Assembly: GCA_018985225.1 (NCBI GenBank)
Contig: JADGIF010000401.1
Span: forward strand, 1-9,316
Origin: Amoeboradix gromovi X-113
Taxonomy: Eukaryota; Fungi; Sanchytriomycota
Direction: 5' to 3'
DNA: 9,316 nucleotides
In this document: positions 1 to 8,511 of the stretch, piece after piece
How positions within the stretch are numbered: position 1 is the stretch's first letter
Layout: each line of letters starts with the position of its first letter
The notes under the pieces: model-generated
Told to the model about the DNA's origin: nothing
What the model saw: only the letters and a program-made list of their open reading frames with translations
Database searches by the model: none
Program-made: the position numbers and the translations under genes

Positions 1-129
1 AATGTCTCATGTCAAATGGATTCATTTGAGACACTAAGAGCTAAAAAAGAAATCTCTATTTCATCTTCTTGTAACAATGACATCATTAGAGAATGAAAAA
101 GCTTTTAGTGGATGATGTAGAATCAGTTA

Positions 130-497
130 TTGCTGCAGTCAAGGATGAAAGCGACATCCAACGATACTGCTGCAACAAAAGAAGTTACCAAATATGGTAG
201 AGAGAATGTAAATTCGAAATCAGAATTTTCTCACTCGCTGTTTAATTGTTTCTCGGCTGGATTTGGTGGATGTTTTACCGGTTGTTGTCCGTGTAATATT
301 TATGGTAGAACCGAAGAAGATTTTCACAAAGATTCAGATTTTGTTATCATTGCATGAATTTTTCATGCAATCCAATTTGGAATTGCTGTGCGGTTGCAAA
401 ACGAAGAAAAAACATTCGCAAGAAAAGAAATATTCCAGGAACATTCTTGATCGATTACTGTTTAGTATGGTGCTGCTATCCATGGGACACTCTATAA
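130..497 (+). pseudogene. PLAC8-family (cysteine-rich) protein pseudogene, frameshifted
   Basis: Frame 1 reads SEFSHSLFNCFSAGFGGCFTGCCPCNIYG (PLAC8 'LFxCF...CPC..yG' motif). After a frameshift at the T-run 339-342, frame 3 reads CYHCMNFSCNPIWNCCAVAKRRKNIRKKRNIPGTFLIDYCLVWCCYPWDTL* (PLAC8 'R..IR....I.G....D.....CC' motif). TAA at 495-497 falls near the usual Gln position. Start codon uncertain. Confidence 0.75.
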
Positions 498-534
498 AAA
501 CTAGACCAACTAGCTTCCAAGGAATCCCATACAG

Positions 535-1174
535 AGGAAATGCTATCATTAATAAAAGATCTTCTATTATACCAATTCTTTCATTACTTTCAATTCCCTC
601 TTCAAAATAAAACTAGAGGACCCTGCATCTCGTTCAAATATATGAGGTCTTTGAGCATCTAAGCAAAAGGTGCATTTTGTTAGACGGTACACTTTTCTAG
701 AGTCATTTTGTAATGTTATACTAACATCATTGCTCTTATCAATTTCATTCTCACTTACACTACATTTCTTTGAAGTGTAATCTATGGACAGTCTCCCTGA
801 CTCTTGTCTTGCTGAATTTCAATTTCTTAACTGTTCCAACAACTACATCTTCTTCAATGTCAGTGTCCGGCTATTTCTTCTTTGATCTACTGGTATATGA
901 AAACTTTTGCTTTCTCTTAGCCATACTTTTATCAGGAAAGGTCTCTATTTATGGGCAAGACAGTTCTCTCTGGAGCGTCTTTAAATGAAGATATGCCCTA
1001 TTAGGAATCATTATAATGAATCAGAGTACTAGTCTAGCTCTTACAGAGTAATAGTGATATTTTATTTGAAATAAAGATTGGATGAAAGAGTAAGAGAATA
1101 GCTGTACAGAATATTTATTTTTGAAATTTCGATACAAATTGTCCAGTCTGGTTTTTACAGAGTATGTCTCCATT
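535..1174 (-). mobile_element. Fanzor1-like (eukaryotic TnpB) short, degenerate unit; left arm of a large inverted repeat
   Basis: Reverse complement aligns end to end with 8512-9148; both begin gagacatactctgtaaaaaccagactggac and end agatcttttattaatgatagcatttcct. Minus-strand segments translate to METYSVKTRLDNL..., ...KKLKFSKTRVRETVHR and a C-terminal zinc-finger/RuvC-III region. No RuvC-I motif, transposase or TIR is visible. Confidence 0.7.
567..818 (-). pseudogene. Fanzor1-type zinc finger plus RuvC-III fragment (open frame absent from the ORF track)
   Basis: Reads ...IDYTSKKCSVSENEIDKSNDVSITLQNDSRKVYRLTKCTFCLDAQRPHIFERDAGSSSFILKRELKVMKELV*. It shows YTSxxCxx(C), a long spacer, RLxxCxxC and RD; the long inter-CxxC spacer is typical of Fanzor1. 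The second Cys is Ser here but intact (CSVC) in the right-hand copy. Confidence 0.7.
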
Positions 1175-1671
1175 GTTTTTATTATAGGAGATGGAATATC
1201 AATTTTCAGTTCAGTATGATGTCAGGAAAATGCAGGGGCATTCAGGTACATGCACCATCTCAATGATGCGCAACAGACGCTTAGAATTCAAAACCGTTTC
1301 TCGCAAATTCCAGTTTTTTGTAAACCAAAAGGGATTATAAAAATGGCTAATGTTCTATTGCAATGATATTCTTGAGGAATGATTAGAGATTTTAGTGGAT
1401 TAAAAAAGTAGTTCAACAGTGGTGTTTGTGGTTTTCAGATAGAGGGATCACTTTTGTTCAATATATAATCACTGAACTGGCACAGTATCTCTAAAAGTCA
1501 AGGCAAAGCTGAGCATTTATGAATCTGAATACTCTCTTGTGGATATGTGGTCAAAACTAGAAAGCAGCAGGTTTTACGGCATCGTCAGAATTAAAAGTCT
1601 TATCAAGACTCAAGAATATAAAATAAATTTGTTTTTGTAAATATGATTTTTGAACCATTGAAACCAAAAAG

Positions 1672-3199
1672 ATGGGCTCCACTTTTCAAAAAAATTCAAA
1701 AAATCAAACCCTCAAGTAACATGGAAAGAGAATGCCATCTACAGTCATGACAACGAAAAAGAGGTAGTAGCTATCCCGCAGAATATTATAGACATATTAG
1801 TGAACCCTAAACAGGAACTTGAAAAACCAATCCATGTATTTCATGGTGTTTGGTGCTCCGGTATATCAACAATACTAAGTCAAATATCCCAGTGTGCCAA
1901 AACCAAATTTCTAGTTTACTATTCAACTGAAAATGTAAACCCTCGTGATGCATGTCCATCATTTATCAGATGAACAAGGTACTTATAAGAGAACTTATAG
2001 ATAAATTAGAGATAGAGAATGATTACGACATGTCAGGATTTTTGTTGTTACTGAAGAATCTCAGTCCGACATTGACACACTCTGAACTAGTTAGTACATT
2101 AAGAAGTCTATCAGATTACATATATTTGCTTTATTATTGACCCATAGGATGTTGTCAGCGAATCGTTCAGTGCCATTTATAATGCCCATAGTGCCAAAAT
2201 TCTATGGTTTTTAGCTGGCACGGGCTCATGGGATCCAAAATCAATAAATTTGCGATATCATAATAATTCATACGAAAAAGTCGAATTTATAAGCACGGGA
2301 AAGATGGATCTCACATTAGCAAAGCAACTTTTAACCCGATTTTATCAATAGAGAAAATTATGAATATTTCAAATAGAATGATTGGATTCGCAAAAGTATG
2401 TGCCATAGAGCCAACTGAGTCGTCGGCTAATGATAAACTTTTACAGCTTTTCAAGGATAAAATATGCCATACAATAGATAAATGGATCAAAAACAGAAAA
2501 TTTTATGAACTCAAACAAATTAGAGAGGCTGCCGCCTATAACTCTCCTTCAATTGGTGAAAAGTGGAGACAAATAGGATTATTTGACCAATTTGGTAAAT
2601 TTATGCATGATTATATTCGCAGCGCACTTTTGAGTCATAGAATCACCAAGGAAGAAGTCATTCTAGCAGTTTATAATTCTTCGAGTGTTGGACCAATGTT
2701 TGAGCTCTAAACCGAATATTTGTTTTCATTGAAAATGTCTTTGGATCTTCACAACTACCGAACTGACTCCAAAACTCGTATAACAAAGCAAGGCGTTGTA
2801 TCGAATTGGAAGTCTGTGAATTTATACAAAAATGGGGATACTATTGAACCTGAAATTATGTACCGTTTATCTTATGATCCGAGCTTCCCAAGTATTGATT
2901 ATGTACCGCTTCTAAATAGCATTTATTATGGAATTCAGGTTTCTGTAACTCCGATACGAGAGAAACATGATTCCGGCGAGTCGGTTGATACTAGAATTCA
3001 AAGAGGCAAACAGAGTCTAGGGTTTGATGAACAAGTAGCTTTCAAATATGTCTATTTGTCGATCACTCAAAATACTACCAAGGATGGCTCTTATGTTCCC
3101 TACAATGCTCCAGGTCATTTAAATGCAGGTACTGAAGTCAATCCGGATCCTACGTATATGGAATTGATGTCATTTGTAAATTCAAACCCAAGTTATTAA
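1672..3199 (+). pseudogene. Crinkler/RHS (CR)-type P-loop NTPase + PD-(D/E)xK restriction-endonuclease-like effector, pseudogene
   Basis: Stitched frames give a degenerate Walker A HGVWCSGIST (1842-1871, two point changes from GxxGSGKST), a Walker B-like ICFIIDP*D (2124-2150) and a C-terminal FPSIDYV...GIQVSV...H (2885-2968) matching the CR-REase FPxID...hQhS...H pattern. About four frame changes plus internal stops at 2145-2147 and 2708-2710. Includes track ORFs 1952..2140, 2360..2710 and 2720..3199. Confidence 0.6.
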
Positions 3200-3545
3200 T
3201 TCAGGTTCAAGTTTTTATCCACCAGAAATAAATTAATGCATTTCAGGTTTGTAAAAACAGCTTCACATACTTACCAAATGAAATATTATTTCGCAGTACA
3301 TTAAGGGTATCAATGATAAAAATTTAACCCAGACTTTTGATCGTGTTTGCATCAGCACTTCTGCTCTGCTCAATGATAGTTTTAAGCACTGCGAGACAGA
3401 GACCATGAAAACTGAATAGCTTTTGAAGAGATATCCCAAAAGGAGGAAAGTAAACTACCAATAAAAGTTCTTTCACAATACCAAGACTCTCAAAACACTC
3501 TCTAGATGATCACCTTTGTCTTTCAAAAGGACACTCGATTGGGGT

Positions 3546-3638
3546 TTAGTGGATGGTTAAGAAACACTTGAAATTTCTATTCAAAAGAGCAGTTTTTAGA
3601 TAAAATTCAAGTAGAGCACAAGGCCTAACATCCACTAA
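3546..3638. repeat. ~93-nt imperfect palindrome/hairpin in intergenic DNA
   Basis: ttagtggatg (3546-3555) pairs with catccactaa (3629-3638). Nested inside, acttgaa (3566-3572) pairs with ttcaagt (3606-3612) and tcta pairs with taga. Confidence 0.5.
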
Positions 3639-3674
3639 GTCAGAAATAGGTGGATTGAGCCCGTTTTATCCTGA

Positions 3675-3870
3675 CCAATCAACGCTCGATTGATTTATAT
3701 CCAATCATTTTCCAAATTATCGCTACTTCAATAAGACGATAAACGACATTAAATCTGCTTCCAGTGACTTTACTTTAAATGGAGTCTGCGTACGAATTCC
3801 TGCAAACTGTCGCACTCCACTAGTGATTTATTACACATTGGTTCAGATTACGGCGATTGCGACGATAAAC
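3675..3870 (+). promoter_or_regulatory. Putative promoter region of the P-type ATPase
   Basis: CCAAT at 3675-3679 and 3701-3705; exact 10-bp repeat GACGATAAAC (contains GATAA) at 3735-3744 and 3861-3870; all within 250 nt of the ATG. Motif evidence only. Confidence 0.3.
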
Positions 3871-3920
3871 ATTCACACCGTAATATATGTGCAGCCAGTC
3901 AGGAAGTAGAGGAGAGAAGT

Positions 3921-6900
3921 ATGCAAGATGATACTGTATTGCTAGATATAAAAAACGAGAGAAAAGAGATTAAAAAAGAAGATGTGAACCATCAGGCAAA
4001 CCATGAAACGATTGTTATTTACCGAACACTGTCTAATGAAGGGTATACTGCGAGAGATCCGGAAAAGAAGAACAAGGCTAAAGGAGATCCAGCTGAAGAG
4101 ATCCGCAATATCAAAGTTCACAAGATGAATCCAGAAGAAGTTGCTGCGTCTTACGGTACTAATGCAAGTACTGGTTTAGATCGGCTTCGATTAGCCAGAT
4201 TGGAAAAATATCCAAAGAATGTGTTGTCTCCACCAAAAATCAACTATGCTAAAAAGGTGTTTTGGTATGTTTTTGGTGGTTTTAATGTACTGATGTGGGT
4301 TGCTATGATTCTATCTATTTTGTCGTATCAACCGTTGGGCAGTTTGCAAGGCAATACACCAGCTGTCTTTAATTTGGGAGTGGGTATCTTGCTGTTGTTT
4401 GTGGTCTGTGTATCTGCCATCTTTTATGGTTATGTTGATTTCAATGCATCTCAAGCAATGAAAGCTATCAAGCACTTGGTTGCTGAGTCTGCCGCTGTCA
4501 CTCGTCATGGTGAAAGAATGGAAATTGATGCTGCTGATTTGCGCATTGGTGATTTGGTGCATTTATCATTAGGCCAACGTGTACCTGCTGATATCTATCT
4601 GCTAAACATCTCCCAAGATGCCAAATTTGATCGATCTATTTTGACTGGAGAATCTGATCTAATTCAAGGCGCTACTACTTGCACTGATGAAAATCCATTA
4701 GAAACACGCAACTTGGCATTGTCTTCCACTTTCCTTGTTCAGGGTACCGCCACGGGTATTGTGTTTGCAACCGGAGACAATACAGTTGTTGGCCAAATCT
4801 TTAAGTTATCAATGCAAGAGAAGGAAAAGAGAACTATTTTACAATTAGAGATTGATAGATTTACTTACATTGTTTCCATTGTTGCAGTTGCCTCATTTTG
4901 TATTTCTATGCTGTTTTGGGGTGTTTGGACTAGAAGGGTACATCCATTGTTTGCTAATGCTCCAACTGCTATCATCAATTCCATCGGTTGTTTAACCGCG
5001 CTGGTTCCTCAAGGTCTGCCTGTCTGTGTTGCATTAGCATTAACTATCATTGCTCGAAGAATGGCATCTCGCAAAGTGTTGGTAAAGAATCTCAGTATTG
5101 TAGAAACTGTTGGAGCTGTTTCTGTGCTATGCAGTGATAAAACAGGCACATTAACACAGGGTAAGATGTGCGTTGATTCTGTTTATCTATTAGATGCTGT
5201 AGCAACTGGTGGTGATATAGTAACAGGAGATGGTGCTAAAGCAACATTGAAAATCAGTTACTTGTGCAACGACGCTCAATTAGTCAATAATGAGATTGTT
5301 GGTAATTCTACAGATGCTGCTGTTTACAAATATGTGTTACAGCATTGTGATGCATCCGTTTTTGCCGACTATCAACGAATTCATTCCATTCCATTCAATA
5401 GTAAATCCAAGTATATGTTGGTTATTGTAAGGGGTCCTGATGGTTATGAGATGCATTTGAAAGGTGCTCCGGATGTGCTTATTTCATTATGCTCTTCTGC
5501 AATGAATTCGCAAGGCAATGTCATTGAGTTGGCCCAAGTCTCAAGAGACATAATCCATAAACAAGATGAATGGAGTAGACAGGGTCAGCGTGTCATTATG
5601 ACTTGTTATAAGCTATTGCGAGTTGATTCAATTCCATCTAATGATGAAAAATTGCAAATCTTTTTAAAACAGCAGTTGAATGAATTTACGATTACTTCCT
5701 TGATCGGAATCACAGATCCACCTCGTGAGGATGTCAAGAATGCTGTAAATGTCATGAGAAGTGCTGGTGTTCGTGTCATGATGGTGACTGGTGACTTCAA
5801 ATTAACTGCTGAATCCATTGCTAAACAAGTCGGTATTTTGACAAATAATCAAATCGATAATTTAAAAGAAATGCAGCAGCAGCTTGATTTGTATACTGAA
5901 TTACAAGATATTTCATTGTGTGATATGAAGCCAGATAACTTTGTTGAATTACATGGCAGTAAATCGTTGATTCTGAATGGTAGTGAGTTGTTGGAAATGA
6001 GTGGACGAGACTGGGATGTGTGCTGTTCATACTACAATGAAATAGTATTTGCGCGCACTAGTCCCGAGCAAAAGATGAGGATTGTGCAAGAATTCAAATT
6101 ACGAGGCGACAACGTAGTTGGTGTTACTGGTGATGGTGTTAACGATGCACCTGCATTAAAGGCTGCAGATGTTGGACTGGCAATGGGATCTGGTAGCGAC
6201 GTAAGCAAAGAAGCAGCAGCAATGGTTTTGCTTGAGAATGACTTTGCGTCTATTCCTGTTGCAATTGAGAATGGCAGACTGGTGTTTGAAAACTTAAGAA
6301 AAGTGACATTTTATGTCATGCCAACAGGTACATATACTGAGATGATGGCTGTAATTAGGTAGATTTTACACTCATCTAGTAACGTGTTCTTTGGTATGCA
6401 AATTCCATTAACGAGTTACCAGCAGGTCATCTTTTCTATTGTCCATGATGTTGTGATGAGTATTAGTTTAATGTACGAAAAGGCAGAGAGTGATTTAATG
6501 ACTGTGAAGCCAAGAAACATTAAAAAAGATAGATTGGTGGATTATCGATTCTTTATTCAGCTGTACTTGTTTATTGGTGTGATTATTTGGATAAGCTGCT
6601 TTGGAATGTTCTTTTTATTCTGGTCCACGCAGGGCTTTGGGTTTTACGATTTGATGTTTGCTTATGACTCATGGGGAAGTAACTATTCAGGGTCAGCTGC
6701 TGATTTGGCAAATTTGTTGAGCACGAGTCAGTCCATTTTCTATGTAACCATGGTAATAATGCAATTAGGGAACATTTTGGCTACCAGAAACAGAAGAGTG
6801 TCGATTTTGGAGAGTAATCCATTATGGGGTCCACGTCAGAATTTGGTATTAGTTGGGAGTGTATTTGTGCATATTTTTGTAGCTGTGATGAATGTTTACG

Positions 6901-7067
6901 TCAGTACAGCACCAGGAAATCCAAATATCTTCCAGTTTGGGATTGTACCATGGCAATACTGGTTTATTCCGATGCCGCTAGCTTTGGGATTATTAATGAT
7001 GGACGAGATGAGAAAGTTGTATGTGAGAACATATCCAAAGTCATTGATGGCTAAGATTGCATGGTGA
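3921..7067 (+). CDS. P-type cation-transporting ATPase, type IIC/IIE (Na+/K+-ATPase-like, fungal ACU-like); 2 exons (3921-6358, 6380-7067), ~1041 aa
   Basis: Motifs LTGES (actuator), CSDKTGTLT (phospho-Asp), KGAPD, DPPR, MVTGD, VFARTSPEQK and TGDGVNDAPALKAADVG, plus multiple hydrophobic TM segments. The two track ORFs (3921..6362, 6384..7067) are in the same frame; removing 6359-6379 joins them as TYTEMMAVISNVFFGMQIPL. Confidence 0.95.
6359..6379 (+). other. 21-nt spliceosomal micro-intron
   Basis: Sequence GTAGATTTTACACTCATCTAG has a GT donor, a branch-like CTCAT and a CTAG acceptor. Length is 3n, it contains the in-frame TAG (6360-6362), and removal restores a continuous TM5 region. Confidence 0.8.
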
Positions 7068-7080
7068 AATAGGGAAATTA

Positions 7081-7086
7081 AATAAA
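7081..7086 (+). terminator. Putative polyadenylation signal of the ATPase gene
   Basis: AATAAA begins 14 nt after the TGA stop. The AT-rich context makes this weak evidence. Confidence 0.35.
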
Positions 7087-7237
7087 TCTATATGAATTGA
7101 ACATTTTTAGCTGTTTAAACTGTTGCATTTTACTACAAATCATGCAGAGGTATCTGATATAAAGTAGAGCCACTAATGATGCAAGTCATATTCTCTGGTT
7201 TGTAAAGTGCGATACCAGCCATAAGCATTGATATAAA

Positions 7238-7967
7238 TCAGAACAAGGATTTTTCAGATATTCTTGATGGATGTCTGCGTTTCCATTCCCTTTTAAATGG
7301 AACATTCACAATAGCATAACTAATTCATATCGTATTCAGCACTATTCAGACTGCAGAGTTGTGTAGCCGTTCCAGTCGAAATGAAACGTTGGACTGAAAT
7401 TTATTAGGACTATTGAATTTGACAGTAGTTCTGTTATTATTGATTTTGTTTCTACTCTGGTTGATTTTTGAGCAGCTGCCGTCTGTGCGCCGCTAGATTT
7501 TTTCTTGAGATTTGTTTCTGCATATCTCGTGGTGGCGGTGATTTCAATTGCGGTTGAGATGATTTACTTTTTGTATATAACTTCTGCTTTAAATGCAGTA
7601 TCAACTGGCACTACTGTGATGTCAGTGGCGGTAGTATGTGTAATTACTGTATTAGAAAGCACTGCTGCATCATATGAATTTTCCTGTATAGGTTGGATGG
7701 TAAATATGGGACTTCTCCGTGTATACTGTTTTGATCTACCCATAACACTTTAAGATTCGGCGGTACCCTTTGAAGAGTGGCATTGAGGTTTTTATGTTCG
7801 GAAGAAGGATTCCCATTTCATTAGAACTTATGGCTGTACCATTTATCGTTCCATCCAACCTGCCATATGCACCACTTTCCCCAGTAAATGCCTAAGCCTA
7901 TGGCTATATTTATTACGTTTCCGTAATCACTCATGTCAGAAAGCACAGACAGGAAAAACGTATACAT
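7238..7967 (-). pseudogene. Leucine-rich-repeat surface/membrane protein pseudogene (signal-like N-terminus, LRR, Ser/Thr stalk, hydrophobic segment, basic tail)
   Basis: Fragments in different frames: MYTFFLSVLSDMSDYGNVINIAIGLG; LDGTINGTAI; PPNLKVLWVDQNSIHGEVPYLPSNL (7763-7689, fits LxxLxLxxNxhxGxhP); Thr-rich TVITHTTATDITVV...; IVLNTI*ISYAIVNVPFKREWKRR. Multiple stops and frameshifts. Confidence 0.6.
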
Positions 7968-7998
7968 TTGGATCCAGCCGTCTACGCCTACGTTGAAC

Positions 7999-8070
7999 CC
8001 GCAATATTCGCAAATGTCGAAGCATTCACAACAGACTCTTAAGTGTAAACAACTGTGGTAAAACTACTTG
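7999..8070 (-). ncRNA. Candidate omegaRNA 3' scaffold / IS607-like right end of the adjacent Fanzor2-like remnant
   Basis: Directly downstream of the nuclease remnant, the minus strand reads TTGTGAATG-CTTCGA-CATTTGCGA (8031-8008; 9-bp stem with G:U pairs and a UUCG-containing loop), then ATATTGCGG ending at 7999. Based on position and structure only. Confidence 0.4.
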
Positions 8071-8310
8071 TCATATTTTAACAAGGATTGATATTCCTAT
8101 GATCCTCAACCACACAGCTGGCACATTTAAACCATCTACCCGTACTTTGTTGTTGACATACTCACAGTTGGAGCATGTTTTTGTAGAGTAGGGCTTAGCT
8201 GCAATAAATACTCTTTGACCTCTTCTCTTAGCTTTTCCCAAAAATCTTTGTTTGAATGTGTAAAATGAAAAAGAATTCATCTCTCTCTTTGTCGTTCTTT
8301 GTAAGAGCAA
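8039..8310 (-). pseudogene. Fanzor2/TnpB-like nuclease C-terminal remnant (bridge helix, RuvC-II, zinc ribbon, RuvC-III), inactivated
   Basis: Reads LQRTTKREMNSFSFYTFKQRFLGKAKRRGQRVFIAAKPYSTKTCSNCEYVNNKV, then after a frameshift GRWFKCASCVVEDHRNINPC*NM. This matches the TnpB pattern 'F..F...L..K....G......E.YTSK.C..C...F.C..C....DRD.N...N'. The RuvC-II Glu position is Lys and the RuvC-III Asp position is Asn. Confidence 0.85.
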
Positions 8311-8511
8311 AAAACGTGATATATTGGAGATTTACTTCTATTTAAACATTATCAAAGCTGTTGGATATAAATACTTCTTTAGCTTAAAAGTCAGGGCTTT
8401 GATGCGACGAGTCCATAGAAAGATCAGTTAAAAACAGTAAAACATGATTTATGTTCGATTTACTTTTCACATTTATAGCAACGGTTAATCAATTGAAATA
8501 AACCCAATGCA

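Noticed and set aside
3-33. Small hairpin tgtctc...caaatg-gatt-catttg-agaca
   Set aside because: It is at the window edge with no context or second copy, so no function can be assigned.
482-530. Imperfect hairpin downstream of the left Fanzor1-like arm as an omegaRNA candidate
   Set aside because: It lies outside the repeat homology, overlaps PLAC8-like coding sequence, relies on many G:U pairs and is absent after the right arm.
263-610. ORFs 263..610 (+) and 334..549 (-)
   Set aside because: They are off-frame or antisense to the PLAC8 pseudogene and cross the repeat junction, with no independent evidence.
770-988. 72-aa plus-strand ORF and its homologue 8692..8895 (minus), which look like a conserved gene pair
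   Set aside because: They are antisense shadows of the Fanzor1-like repeat; the recognisable motifs are on the opposite strand.
1175-1671. 49-aa ORF at 1191-1340 and a 6-bp palindrome agtctt-atc-aagact (1596-1610)
   Set aside because: No recognisable motif; consistent with random AT-rich intergenic sequence.
6351-6383. TAG/TAA reassigned to Gln, or an alternative 29-nt intron starting GTAATT at 6351
   Set aside because: 813 codons with no in-frame TAA/TAG argue for the standard code. The 29-nt excision creates an immediate TAA, whereas the 21-nt intron explains the stop.
4311-7054. Short ORFs 4311..4562, 5606..5818, 5821..6030 (minus) and 6824..7054 (plus)
   Set aside because: They lie fully inside the ATPase CDS in alternative frames and have no recognisable motifs.
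7505-7753. 82-aa hydrophobic plus-strand ORF
   Set aside because: It is antisense to the Thr-rich stalk of the LRR pseudogene, which produces Val-rich shadow translations.
7690-7861. 11-bp perfect inverted repeat aggttggatgg / ccatccaacct
   Set aside because: Both halves fall within LRR-pseudogene coding motifs and no TSD is present; probably chance.
8359-8412. Minus-strand peptide TRRIKALTFKLKKYLYPT resembling a TnpB N-terminal 'LYPT' motif
   Set aside because: The match is too short and is separated from the remnant by stops; suggestive but unsupported without a parent sequence.
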